DNA from: Calditrichia bacterium
GTDB lineage: Bacteria > Calditrichota > Calditrichia > RBG-13-44-9 > J075
Direction: 5' to 3'
Length of the DNA: 64,000 bases
NCBI GenBank assembly: GCA_050633245.1
Contig: JBOEGD010000011.1
Span: 428,985 to 492,984, forward strand
The notes beneath the pieces were generated by a model. The model had not been told where the DNA came from. It worked only from the letters and a program-made list of their open reading frames with translations, and made no database searches. Made by a program: the position numbers and the translations under genes. Below are positions 27,697 through 37,884 of the stretch, piece by piece (position 1 is the stretch's first letter; each line of letters opens with the position of its first letter).

Positions 27697-29301
27697 ATGA
27701 TTCGTTCATTACTACTTTTTATATTTATTTTATCAGCGCCAGGGCTGGCTCAAACCGCAGAGATTAAGTGGTGGTTCGATCTTAACGATGCAGCCTATGG
27801 CAGTGCTGCATTGGATGATATTGACAATGATGGCAAACCGGAGATCGTTTTTAGCACTTATTTCAACGATGGAAAGGTTTATGCGCTCAATGCCGAAGAT
27901 GGTTCTCTTCTTTGGGAGTACGTGATTGGTGGATGCAACGATGTTGCTCCACTTATTCATGATGTCAATGGCGATGGGTTCAAGGACGTTATTCTTCCCA
28001 GCTCATGTATTCTCAAAACGTTTTGCTTTGATGGTCGAAACGGCTCGGTGCTTTGGTCAACTGAAACAGCTGGTAGCGATTCTTCCCCGACAATCGCGGA
28101 CATCGACCAGGATGGTGAAATGGAAATTTTGCATGGCACGTTTGATGGTTCCGTAATTTGTTTAGATGCAGCAACCGGAGACATTGAATGGGATTTGATT
28201 ATCGATCCAAATGGAGTCGTGCAATCAGCACCGACTGTCCTTGATGCAGATATGGATGGACAGCTGGATTTTGTTGTAGCAAACTGGAGTTTCGGAAATT
28301 CCAACAAATATTTGTGTTATCGAGGCGTCGACCAGCAGCTGCTTTGGGAAAATAGCATTCCAACAGAAAACACGTATCACGGAGCCTCTGTTGCAGATTT
28401 AGACAAGGATGGCACGATGGAGTTGGCATTCGGCTGCTATGATGGATCACTCTATGTATTAGAAGCAGAAAGTGGAAATCTTCATTGGAGCTACAAATTA
28501 CCAAATTCAGTCTACATCCCTGGCCCCACATCAATAGCGGACCTGGATAATGACGGCGAATATGAAATCACCTACATGGATTTCAACAATCTTGCTGTTG
28601 TAAGCCATACCGGCGTGCTACAGTGGTCATATTCATTACCGGAGATAGGACAGTCTTTCCGTGCATCCGCTATTAGCGATGTGAATAATGACGGTACGCT
28701 TGACCTTGTATTGGGTTCGGACAATGGTCGACTGTACGCCTTTAACGGCAGCAGTGCTACTGAGCTATGGAGTGTAAACCTACGCGAGCATTATGGTGCA
28801 AGTAATTTCATGCTCGACCACGGACCGGTTATTGCAGATTTTGACGGGGATGATATACTGGATGTTTTTATCGCTGGTGGTTATGGCGTAACACCTCCCA
28901 CCACAGCAAACTATGGACGTGTTTATGCAATTTCCACTGGAAGTATAGGCGGACCCGAATGGCCGATGTTTCGCAAAGACAAGGTGCGCAGCGGACGTGT
29001 AGACATTGCTCCGCCAACCGGACTTGAGAGCCGTACGACAACAGCCTTGGCTCCACAGTCAATCAAAAGCTATCCTAACCCGGCAACCAGCATAATCACA
29101 ATCGCTATAAAGAACCAGATCAACGAGAACTTCTCCTTAACCGTTTACGACATTCTTGGGCGAAGCGTAAGGTCATTCAGCGGGAGCCAGTTTCAGTCTG
29201 TAGATATCACAACTGACAATCTTGTAAGAGGTGTATACTTTTATAAGCTAATTGCAGGCAAGAACGTGGAGATTGCTAAAGGGAAGTTCCTTTTGGATTG
29301 A
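27697..29301 (+). CDS. FG-GAP/PQQ-like repeat beta-propeller protein with T9SS CTD
   Basis: Repeated SP.IAD.D.DG..EI...G..YAL..E.G.LLW; WPMFR closure; CTD SYPNPAT...GVYFYKL; GAGGAGG SD. Confidence 0.85.
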   Translation: MIRSLLLFIFILSAPGLAQTAEIKWWFDLNDAAYGSAALDDIDNDGKPEIVFSTYFNDGKVYALNAEDGSLLWEYVIGGCNDVAPLIHDVNGDGFKDVILPSSCILKTFCFDGRNGSVLWSTETAGSDSSPTIADIDQDGEMEILHGTFDGSVICLDAATGDIEWDLIIDPNGVVQSAPTVLDADMDGQLDFVVANWSFGNSNKYLCYRGVDQQLLWENSIPTENTYHGASVADLDKDGTMELAFGCYDGSLYVLEAESGNLHWSYKLPNSVYIPGPTSIADLDNDGEYEITYMDFNNLAVVSHTGVLQWSYSLPEIGQSFRASAISDVNNDGTLDLVLGSDNGRLYAFNGSSATELWSVNLREHYGASNFMLDHGPVIADFDGDDILDVFIAGGYGVTPPTTANYGRVYAISTGSIGGPEWPMFRKDKVRSGRVDIAPPTGLESRTTTALAPQSIKSYPNPATSIITIAIKNQINENFSLTVYDILGRSVRSFSGSQFQSVDITTDNLVRGVYFYKLIAGKNVEIAKGKFLLD

Positions 29302-29357
29302 GCTAATCTTCGTATTTTGAAGGTGCAGCCAGAGTACTCTTTCCTGGCTGCATCGGA

Positions 29358-31016
29358 TTAAACATTCTTCGCGGCATGCCGTCCTGCGTGTCTTCCCGAG
29401 AAGATACAACCGCCGAGGAATGTCCCTTCCAAAGCATTATATCCATGATACCCTCCGCCACCAAAGCCAGCGACCTCTCCGGCAGCATAAAGCCCTGCTA
29501 TCGGATCTCCCTTGCTATCAAGCACTTGCGAGTTCAGATTGGTATGAAGACCACCCAGAGTTTTGCGAGTAAGCACATTCAGCTTTACAGCAATCAATGG
29601 CCCATTGGCCGGGTCCAGAATTTTGTGAAGCTTAGCGGTACGTATCAGCTTGTCTCCCCGGTAGTTTCGTGCATCTTTAATGGCGTGAATCTGCACATCC
29701 TTGCTAAATGGGTTATCCACTTCCCTATCTCGTGCCGCGATTTGATTGTGAATATGCTCAAAGTTTAGCAAGTCATCACTTACCAGTTTATTCATTTCCG
29801 CCACCAAATCCGGCAAATTATCGCGGACAATAAAGTCTTCACCATGCTGTTTGAAAGCCTCAACCGGCTTAGGTGCGCCCCCACCAATCCGGCTCTTAAT
29901 CAATCCGGGAATACTTTTATCGGTAAAATCAGGATTCTGCTCAGAACCAGACAGAGCGAACTCTTTTTCGATAATCTTCTGCGTTAGAATGAACCAGGAA
30001 TATTCATGTCCGGTAGAAAGAATACGCTTCAATGTCCCTAACGTATCGAATCCCGGAAGATACGGTGCAGACATGCGATTGCCTTCCGCATCCAACCAAA
30101 TTGACGATGGCCCTGGCAGAATACGAATGCCATGTTTAGGCCATATGGAATTCCAGTTCCGTACGCCTTCACAGTAATGCCACATGCGGTCATTGTTGAT
30201 AATTGCACCACCGGATTCTGCTGCTATCCCAAGCATGCGGCCATCCACATGGTGCGGCACACCTGAAATCATATTTACCGGCGCCGCGCCAAGGCGATCT
30301 ACCGGCCAGTTTTTACGCACCAGATCGTGATTGCCACCTATCCCTCCCGCTGCAACGATGACTGCTGAAGCACTAAGCTCGAACTCTGCAGTTACTTTTC
30401 GATTGGATTTTTCTCCACGTTCTACCATAGACGGTTCAAGAATCTCTCCCGATATTCCCGTAACGGCACTTCCTGTCTTTATAATTGCGCTTACCTGATG
30501 ACGGAACTTAAATTCGATACGTCCTTTTTTGACATGCTCGCGAACTCTGCGTTCGAAGGGCTCAACAACGCCCGGCCCGGTTCCCCATGTCAGATGAAAT
30601 CGCGGCACTGAGTTACCGTGTTCATGAGCAAGACCACCGCCCCGCTCTGCCCATCCAACAATTGGTATCCAACGCATTCCCTGAGCATGCAGCCAAGGCC
30701 TCATCTCACCTGCAGCAAAGTCGATATAAGCTTCCGCACATTTACGAGGCCAATGATCTTCCGGACGATCGAATTGTGCTGAACCAAGCCAATCCTGTAG
30801 GGCCAACTCTTTACTGTCTTTAATTCCCATGCGTCGCTGCTCTGGGCTATCAACAAAGAACAAACCACCTAGTGACCAGAATGCCTGTCCGCCAATAGAG
30901 TTTTCACCCTCCTGTTCAACAATAATCACGTGTTTTCCAAGATCGCCCAACTCAGCAGCGGCAACAAGCCCGGCAAGACCAGCGCCTACAATTATCACAT
31001 CAGCATCTATCGACAT
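29358..31016 (-). CDS. FAD-binding dehydrogenase (KsdD-like/fumarate reductase flavoprotein superfamily)
   Basis: GAGLAGLVAA, GGQAFWSLGGLF, RFHLTWGTGPG, TRKTLGG, ALEGTFLGGC. Confidence 0.9.
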   Translation of the reverse strand: MSIDADVIIVGAGLAGLVAAAELGDLGKHVIIVEQEGENSIGGQAFWSLGGLFFVDSPEQRRMGIKDSKELALQDWLGSAQFDRPEDHWPRKCAEAYIDFAAGEMRPWLHAQGMRWIPIVGWAERGGGLAHEHGNSVPRFHLTWGTGPGVVEPFERRVREHVKKGRIEFKFRHQVSAIIKTGSAVTGISGEILEPSMVERGEKSNRKVTAEFELSASAVIVAAGGIGGNHDLVRKNWPVDRLGAAPVNMISGVPHHVDGRMLGIAAESGGAIINNDRMWHYCEGVRNWNSIWPKHGIRILPGPSSIWLDAEGNRMSAPYLPGFDTLGTLKRILSTGHEYSWFILTQKIIEKEFALSGSEQNPDFTDKSIPGLIKSRIGGGAPKPVEAFKQHGEDFIVRDNLPDLVAEMNKLVSDDLLNFEHIHNQIAARDREVDNPFSKDVQIHAIKDARNYRGDKLIRTAKLHKILDPANGPLIAVKLNVLTRKTLGGLHTNLNSQVLDSKGDPIAGLYAAGEVAGFGGGGYHGYNALEGTFLGGCIFSGRHAGRHAAKNV

Positions 31017-31320
31017 GGTTCCTCTTTTCAGAGTTCAGAGTTCTGTTAATAAAGAGTACAGCGAACAAGGCAACAAGGCAACAAATTTTCGCGTTGAAAT
31101 AGTGAATCAGGTAATTTCTCACTGTCTCTGCCTGTTTCTCCCCGTTTCTCACTTTCTGTGCTCTGTCAAAAGATACGAAACTCATGTCTAAGCAAAAAGA
31201 GCCTCTAAAAAATTGAAATTGTAAAATAGAAGTTTGAAACGAACATCAATTTTGTATTCGCAGGAATTTCATTATATTTTGCCTCAAGTATTATTTGATC
31301 ATTGGGAATTAAGAGGTCTT

Positions 31321-33660
31321 ATGAAAAGCCTAACTTTGACACGCATCGTTGCTCTGCTGTTTTTTACATCGTTCTGTTTGGGACAAACCGGAACGCTACA
31401 GGGCACAGTTTCGGATTCCGGCACTACAAAGCCGTTAATTGGCGTTAATATATTCGTGCCGCAAGTAGCAGGATCAAGCAGCGGTATTGAAGGTGATTAT
31501 ACGCTCGAATTGCCAGCCGGAAGCCATACGGTTTACTATGATATGGTTGGCTATTTGCAGGTTGAGAAAACAATCTCAATAGCCGCAGGAGAAACGATTA
31601 CACTGGACATGCTGCTTCAGGAATCAGCAATTCAGCTGGAAACCATGATTGTCTCCGCAAGTAAGTTCCTGCAAAAAGTTGAAGATGTAACCGTCTCTGT
31701 CGAGGTAGTAAAGCCTTACATCATCCAGGGTAAGCATGCGCAGTCTCTCAGTGAAGTAATAGAACAAACCCCCGGCGTCGCGATTGTCGACAATGAACCC
31801 CAAATACGCAGCGGCAGTGGATTCAGCTTCGGAGCCGGCAGTCGAGTTATGATTTTAATAGACGATATGCCTATTCTTTCGGGAGATGCCGGAAGACCTA
31901 CCTGGGGCTTTATGCCCATCGAGAATGTCAATCAAATCGAGGTCATCAAAGGTGCAGCATCTGTGCTCTATGGTTCCTCAGCATTGAATGGCGTTATCAA
32001 TCTCCGTACGGCCTTTCCAGATGTAAAGCCTACCACCAAGATTGCTTTTAACGGCGGTTTCTACAGTGACCCCAAGGATGCCGCCAACAAGTATTGGGAC
32101 GGCACACCAACCTTTACCAACGTAAACTTCCTGCACTCGCGCATTATTGGCAGTGTGGATATGATTGTTGGCGGGAACTTCAACTCCGACGACGGCCATG
32201 TCGGTCCAATCGAAGATTCCTCCGATCGCGGAGAAGAAAGTCAGCGAACCCGCTTGAATACCAAGCTACGATATCGTCCGTCTGCTATTCCGGAAATGAA
32301 TATTGGCGTGAACGCCAGCTATCAAAAAGGAGAAGGCTACAACAACTTTCTCTGGGCCGGTGTTGACTCTGGACTTTATCGACCACTGGCTGGTTCAAAC
32401 ACGCTTACGAAGCAGGAGATCTTCACTACCGATCTTTCTGTAAATCACCTTAGCAAACGCGGCACTCATCAAAACCTGCGGGGGCGTTTTTTCAAGTTAA
32501 CCAACGACAATACGAACGATCAAAGCAACAGTTCAAATGTCTTTTACAGCGAATACCAGATCAGCCAACAATTTGAAAACATAACAGGCTTTGGCAATTT
32601 GGATATCGCGGCAGGTTTGGTTGGTCAGCGCAGCAGTGGCGATGCCGATCTTTTTGCAGCAAATGAGGACAGCAGTGGAAGCAATACTGCGACCAACCTT
32701 GCTGCATATATTCAGCTCAACAAATCATTGGCGAAGCGAGTGAAACTTTCGGGGGGCGTCCGCTTTGAAAATTACAAGATCAACCAAGAGTCGGAATCTC
32801 GCACAATTTTTCGCTCCGGCATGAATGTTCAACTTGCGAAAGAGACCTATGCACGAATGTCTTTTGGACAGGGATTTCGCATACCAACCATTTCAGAAAA
32901 ATTTATCCGTACAATAGTTGGCGGTCTTCCAATTTATCCTAATCTGGACTTGCAGTCCGAGGAAAGCTGGAATTTCGAAGTTGGCCTGCGTCAGAACTTT
33001 CGTATCAGCAGGTTCGGCGGTACGCTTGATTTGGCCTATTTTCATCAGGAATACAAAAACTTCGTTGAGTTCACGTTCGGCACTTGGGGCACACCTGCAG
33101 ATCCGCTGTTTGGATTGGGATTTCGATCATTGAATACCGGAGAAGCAAGAGTTAATGGAGTCGATCTTTCTCTATCGGGTGGTGGCCGCATAAATGATTT
33201 GGAGATTCGCATTCTATCTGGCTACACCTATACAAGACCCGTTTCGTTGACACCAGATTTTGAATACAGTAATGGCGTCACTTACCTGAGCACCAGCTCT
33301 GACACAACAGATAATATCCTCAAATACCGCATGCAGCATTTACTGAGAGCAGACATCGATCTTGAATACAATGGCTTATTATTCGGCACAAGTGCGCGTT
33401 TCAATAGTTTTATGAACAATATCGACCGGGTCTTTCTCGATCTTGATGATACCGGTCTACTACGAACCGGTCTAAACGACTGGCGTGCAGAGAACGATGG
33501 CGGCAACTGGGTAATTGACCAGCGCATTGGCTATAAAATTAGCCAGCGGCATCAGGTTTCGATTATCGCGAAGAACATATTTAACAAAGCATATGCAACA
33601 CGCCCATTGAAGATTGAACCCAATCGCAAGATTTCCTTCCAATATGCCCTGACGTTATAA
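31321..33660 (+). CDS. TonB-dependent receptor (CirA/BtuB-like, N-terminal carboxypeptidase-regulatory-like domain)
   Basis: Signal peptide; GTVSD..PLIGVNI; plug motif IEVIKGAASVLYGSSALNGVIN; NIFNKAY near C-terminus; start at 31321 with SD. Confidence 0.92.
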   Translation: MKSLTLTRIVALLFFTSFCLGQTGTLQGTVSDSGTTKPLIGVNIFVPQVAGSSSGIEGDYTLELPAGSHTVYYDMVGYLQVEKTISIAAGETITLDMLLQESAIQLETMIVSASKFLQKVEDVTVSVEVVKPYIIQGKHAQSLSEVIEQTPGVAIVDNEPQIRSGSGFSFGAGSRVMILIDDMPILSGDAGRPTWGFMPIENVNQIEVIKGAASVLYGSSALNGVINLRTAFPDVKPTTKIAFNGGFYSDPKDAANKYWDGTPTFTNVNFLHSRIIGSVDMIVGGNFNSDDGHVGPIEDSSDRGEESQRTRLNTKLRYRPSAIPEMNIGVNASYQKGEGYNNFLWAGVDSGLYRPLAGSNTLTKQEIFTTDLSVNHLSKRGTHQNLRGRFFKLTNDNTNDQSNSSNVFYSEYQISQQFENITGFGNLDIAAGLVGQRSSGDADLFAANEDSSGSNTATNLAAYIQLNKSLAKRVKLSGGVRFENYKINQESESRTIFRSGMNVQLAKETYARMSFGQGFRIPTISEKFIRTIVGGLPIYPNLDLQSEESWNFEVGLRQNFRISRFGGTLDLAYFHQEYKNFVEFTFGTWGTPADPLFGLGFRSLNTGEARVNGVDLSLSGGGRINDLEIRILSGYTYTRPVSLTPDFEYSNGVTYLSTSSDTTDNILKYRMQHLLRADIDLEYNGLLFGTSARFNSFMNNIDRVFLDLDDTGLLRTGLNDWRAENDGGNWVIDQRIGYKISQRHQVSIIAKNIFNKAYATRPLKIEPNRKISFQYALTL

Positions 33661-33683
33661 TCTATTTGCGGAGGCATTGCCTC

Positions 33684-33733
33684 CCGCACGCGGGCAGTAA
33701 CCGCCATTCATGGGCGATGCTGCCCACTCATCG
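33684..33733 (+). promoter_or_regulatory. Putative LytTR-binding direct repeats upstream of the second TBDR
   Basis: CCGCACGCG (33684), CCATTCATG (33704), CCACTCATC (33724) at 20-bp period. Confidence 0.45.
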
Positions 33734-33793
33734 ATTCCTTTAAACAATTTGCCCCTGCCTCTGCGTATCTATAACATAACGCGGAGGAAATCC

Positions 33794-35917
33794 ATGAAAA
33801 GCATTTGTATTGCGCTGCTGCTAATTAGTTTGACAATCAGCGCATCGGAGCAGACAGTTTTCGGCACGGTAAGTGATATTAAGGGTATTCCCCTACAGGG
33901 CGCGAACATTTATATCGATGGGACGCTGGACGGGGCGGTAAGTGATGCTAATGGTCGTTTTAGTTTTAAAACGACAGCAAAAGATTCTCAACTTTTGGTT
34001 TGCAGTTACTTAGGCTATGCGATAAGCAAAATAGCTCTTCACCTGCAAAGCAACTCTTCTACGCAACTGGCCGTTCAACTGATTTCGCAAGAGCTTCGTG
34101 GAGAGACGGTAACCGTTACCGCAAGCAACTTTAGCAGCGGCAGCGAAAAAGGAGTGACGCTTACTCCGCTTGAAGTTCTGACGATACCCGGGGCGGCAGC
34201 AGACATATTTAGAGCGATCCAGAGTTTTCCCGGTCTCCAACAAGTTGATGACGGTGCAGGGCTATTTGTTCGCGGAGGTGATGTTTCTGAGACAGCAATT
34301 ATTATTGATGGGGCCTATCTAAAAAGGCCCTATCGCTATGAGTCCCCTACCGGCGGGTTCTTTGGCACGATCTCCCCGTTTCTTGTTAAGGGCACAAGCT
34401 TTTCAAGCGGCGGATTTGGTGCACAACACGGCAATGCACTGTCTGGTGTCTTAAGCATGCAGAGCAGAGATATTCCACTGCAGAGAAAAATAACAGTAGG
34501 CGCAGGACTCGCGGCTTTTTCTTTATTGGCAGAGCTACCAGTTTCCGAAGAGAAGTTTGGAGTTTCGCTTTCAGGAAATTTTTCCGACACAGAGGCACTC
34601 TTCAAATTAAATAACCATCAACGCAAAATCTCCAGTTATCCCAGGTCATACGATCTAAACGTCAATAGCGTTTACAAATACACTGCAACCGGCCAGGTAA
34701 AATTGTTTCTATTTCAGGAAGGAAACCGCACCGGAATAGAAATCCCTGAGCCCGGTCAAACAGCATTCTTTGAGGGGAATGGCACAACACAGCTGGGGAA
34801 TATTCAGCTTAAACAGGCGCTTGGCACGTCGCTGGTTGTAAAAGTAAATATAGCACAGTCAAATTTTGTGCGGGAGCAAAATCTCCGATTCTTGGATCTG
34901 AATATTGAAGAGCAATTCGGGCAATTGAGCTCCAGCGCAGAATATCTGTTCGCGTCTGGTAATTCCTTGCTATCCGGAATTAGCTTCTTCAGAAATACGA
35001 TCCGCTATGACGGCATAGTACCAATAGAAGATCCTTCGCCGGGTGCACCGACCAGTTACCGCATTTCGACAAACCACAGGAACAATCAGCCAACTGTTTT
35101 TCAGAAACTTAAGGCCTCAGCCGGCAAGTTGAATTACGCTATTGGTTGGAGAGCAGAGCATCATTCTATTGCGAACACCACGACTATTGACCCGCGGGCC
35201 TCCTTAAGCTATCGAATGTCCAAAGACTTCACGCTGGTATTTTCCGGCGGACAATATCACCAGCTTCCAGACCTCGATTACTTCGATGCAGAGATTGGCA
35301 GCGCAACTCTACAGCCACAGAAGGCCTGGCATTCGGTCGGCGGAGTTTCTTTCGAGAATGAGGCTTGGCATTTTCGTGCAGAAGCATATTACAAACGCTA
35401 TCGACAATTGGTTCAAGAATCAGGAGCACAACTCACAAGTAACGGCAATGGCTATTCGCGTGGGGTCGATCTGTTTTTAAAACGGAATCATGCACGTTAT
35501 AGCGGCTGGATCTCCTATAGCTATCTACAATCGCGTAGAGAATGGCTGGATGCACCGACACTCTCCCCTACCCGCTTCGACATTACCAATCAGCTGACAA
35601 TTGTGGGCAAGGCTGCTCTTTCGTTACGCTGGAATGTAGCTTTTTCCTATCGCTTTGCAACCGGCAGGCCATTTACTTCTTCTGCAACAACATACCACGA
35701 TAGCAGAGTAGCGGCCTATCACAAGGGCGACCTCTCTATAAACTATCTTCGCAGCTTTTTTCCGGGCAATCTTACCGTTTTTTATGCAGCGGTTGCCAAT
35801 GTATTCAATCGCAACAACATCTTTGACTATTCCTATTCACCCGACTATTCACAGCGTGTGGCGGTCACTTCCACTATGAGGCGCAATGTTTATTTCGGGA
35901 TGAGTTTTAGCTTATAA
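33794..35917 (+). CDS. TonB-dependent receptor
   Basis: Start MKSICIALL after GGAGG; GLFVRGGD..ET.IIIDG, SGGFGAQHGNALSGVL plug motif; C-terminal YFGMSFSL. Confidence 0.9.
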   Translation: MKSICIALLLISLTISASEQTVFGTVSDIKGIPLQGANIYIDGTLDGAVSDANGRFSFKTTAKDSQLLVCSYLGYAISKIALHLQSNSSTQLAVQLISQELRGETVTVTASNFSSGSEKGVTLTPLEVLTIPGAAADIFRAIQSFPGLQQVDDGAGLFVRGGDVSETAIIIDGAYLKRPYRYESPTGGFFGTISPFLVKGTSFSSGGFGAQHGNALSGVLSMQSRDIPLQRKITVGAGLAAFSLLAELPVSEEKFGVSLSGNFSDTEALFKLNNHQRKISSYPRSYDLNVNSVYKYTATGQVKLFLFQEGNRTGIEIPEPGQTAFFEGNGTTQLGNIQLKQALGTSLVVKVNIAQSNFVREQNLRFLDLNIEEQFGQLSSSAEYLFASGNSLLSGISFFRNTIRYDGIVPIEDPSPGAPTSYRISTNHRNNQPTVFQKLKASAGKLNYAIGWRAEHHSIANTTTIDPRASLSYRMSKDFTLVFSGGQYHQLPDLDYFDAEIGSATLQPQKAWHSVGGVSFENEAWHFRAEAYYKRYRQLVQESGAQLTSNGNGYSRGVDLFLKRNHARYSGWISYSYLQSRREWLDAPTLSPTRFDITNQLTIVGKAALSLRWNVAFSYRFATGRPFTSSATTYHDSRVAAYHKGDLSINYLRSFFPGNLTVFYAAVANVFNRNNIFDYSYSPDYSQRVAVTSTMRRNVYFGMSFSL

Positions 35918-35934
35918 CATAATTAGGAGTCATC

Positions 35935-36738
35935 ATGAAGAAATTACTCACATTTATTCTTATATCAGCACTTTGTTTAACCGGGAGCGTAGCAGCAGAC
36001 GAACCCCAAGTAGTTAAAACAGATTCGCTACTCATCGAGCTAAGGCAGAGCGCTATTGAAGCCATGGCTGAACGCAACGAGAAGGGCTTGTTAGAGACAA
36101 GAGCAAAGCTGGAACGTCTTGTGACAATGTCGGATCAGGCCTGGCTGATTCAACATTATATTGGCTGGATGGATTATAATCTGGTAATTATTCACTTTAG
36201 CAAGGGTGAAAAAGACAAGGCTGGCAAGGTTCTGGACCGGGCAATAAAGCAGCTCGATTTATCGAAGCAAGGGAACAACAAATTTGCTGAGACTCATGCT
36301 TTGCTCAGTGGTTGCTATGGCATGAAGATCGGCCTTGCACCAATTAAATCGATGTATTATGGACCAAAGTCGGGTTCAAGAATAAACGAGGCCAAAAAAC
36401 TTGCGCCCAACAACCCGCGGGTTCATCTAATAGACGGGATTGGAAAGATGAACACACCCTCTCTGTTTGGCGGTGGCAACAAAGTTGCCCGAAAATCATT
36501 TCGTTTAGCGGACAGCCTGTTCTCAGTTTACGTCTCCCCGGCACCAACATATCCGAATTGGGGATCACTGGAACCAAAGATTTGGCTGGCGCAAATTGAG
36601 ATGAAGGAGGAGAATCTCTCGGCAGCAAGAGGCCTGCTGGAAGAAGTCCTTAAAGCCGATCCGGAAAACTTATGGGTTAAGCGAGGCCTAATGCCGGAAC
36701 TGGAAGAGCTGGAAACACTTGCAGCGGCAGAGGAATAA
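35935..36738 (+). CDS. Secreted TPR protein
   Basis: Signal peptide; AKKLAPNNPRV...TPSLFGG...PNWG; helical repeats. Confidence 0.75.
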   Translation: MKKLLTFILISALCLTGSVAADEPQVVKTDSLLIELRQSAIEAMAERNEKGLLETRAKLERLVTMSDQAWLIQHYIGWMDYNLVIIHFSKGEKDKAGKVLDRAIKQLDLSKQGNNKFAETHALLSGCYGMKIGLAPIKSMYYGPKSGSRINEAKKLAPNNPRVHLIDGIGKMNTPSLFGGGNKVARKSFRLADSLFSVYVSPAPTYPNWGSLEPKIWLAQIEMKEENLSAARGLLEEVLKADPENLWVKRGLMPELEELETLAAAEE

Positions 36739-36789
36739 CGGCCTGAATTCTTCGCTGGATCACGGGCACAACTTATATTATTATAAGGT

Positions 36790-37884
36790 ATGAATAAAAT
36801 GGTGTCATTTCGTCAGGTAGCAAAAATCAATGCGCTGTTTTGGAGCGGTTGGTTATTTCTATATGCAGCAATTGTGCAAATCCAGGTGCCACAAATAGCA
36901 AATTATGGCATTGCCATATTCAATTCCTTGACAAATGTGCTCCCTCTATTTTTGCTTAGCCTTTTGGTTTGGCCACTGTGTAAGTGGCTGGACTGGCGAA
37001 AGATGTCTCCCTGGTTTACCGGTCTGCTTCACTTTGTATTGGCGAATATCTATACCATTCTTTGGCAGGTCATCAACTTTGGTGGGCTTTATCTTGCTAT
37101 GGGAGAGCGAATTCATACCACCATGGATGTGAAAGTTATTGCCGGATGGCAATACCCTCAGGGCTTACTGATCTACATGATGGTTGCCGGCATTTACTAT
37201 ACCCTGCTTTTTTATTATGAGGTGAAAGAGCGTGAGTTAAGAGAATCGAAGCTACTGCTATCCTTGCGTGAATCTGAATGGAAAGCCCTGAAGGCCCAAA
37301 TCAACCCACACTTCCTCTTCAATGCGTTAAACTCTGTTAATGCATTGATTACAGGCGACCCACATAAAGCGCGAGAAATGCTGGTAAAGCTTTCGGGTTT
37401 ATTACGCAAAGTTCTGACTGAAAACCCAACACACACAATTGCTCTGGAAAAAGAACTTGAATTTGTGCAGCACTACGTGCAATTAGAGAAAATACGTTTA
37501 GAGGAAAGACTGGATTTTCGCTTAATGGTTGCAGATGGATTAGCAGCGGAGCAAATTCCTGTAATGCTATTACAACCTCTCATCGAAAATGCTATAAAGC
37601 ACGGAATTAGTCCGGTTAGTGGTGGTGGTTGGGTTGAGCTTTCTCTTAAAAGTCAGGCTGGTGGAATTTCCGGACAGGTACGAAATAGTATTGGGGAGCC
37701 TCGCTCACGCGCAACACGCGCAGACGGTACCTCAGCTACAGGTTTAAACAACCTCGCACAGCGACTCCAGCTACTCTATGGAGATCTTGCGAATCTGGAT
37801 ATTCGAGATGATGTGGCAGGCTCCATCTTCGAAGTCTCCTTTTTTGTTCCACCCCAACTATTTAAGCAGGGTGAAAACACATGA
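36790..37884 (+). CDS. LytS/YehU-family sensor histidine kinase
   Basis: 4 TM helices; LKAQINPHFLFNALNS; QPLIENAIKHG. Confidence 0.93.
   Translation: MNKMVSFRQVAKINALFWSGWLFLYAAIVQIQVPQIANYGIAIFNSLTNVLPLFLLSLLVWPLCKWLDWRKMSPWFTGLLHFVLANIYTILWQVINFGGLYLAMGERIHTTMDVKVIAGWQYPQGLLIYMMVAGIYYTLLFYYEVKERELRESKLLLSLRESEWKALKAQINPHFLFNALNSVNALITGDPHKAREMLVKLSGLLRKVLTENPTHTIALEKELEFVQHYVQLEKIRLEERLDFRLMVADGLAAEQIPVMLLQPLIENAIKHGISPVSGGGWVELSLKSQAGGISGQVRNSIGEPRSRATRADGTSATGLNNLAQRLQLLYGDLANLDIRDDVAGSIFEVSFFVPPQLFKQGENT

Noticed and set aside
23400-28900. CRISPR-like or DNA tandem repeats
   Set aside because: The periodicity comes from protein-level FG-GAP and collagen repeats inside ORFs; there are no identical repeat-spacer units.
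31020-31320. Cobalamin riboswitch upstream of the BtuB/CirA-like TBDR
   Set aside because: No B12-box or GGGAA...GCCACTG core seen.
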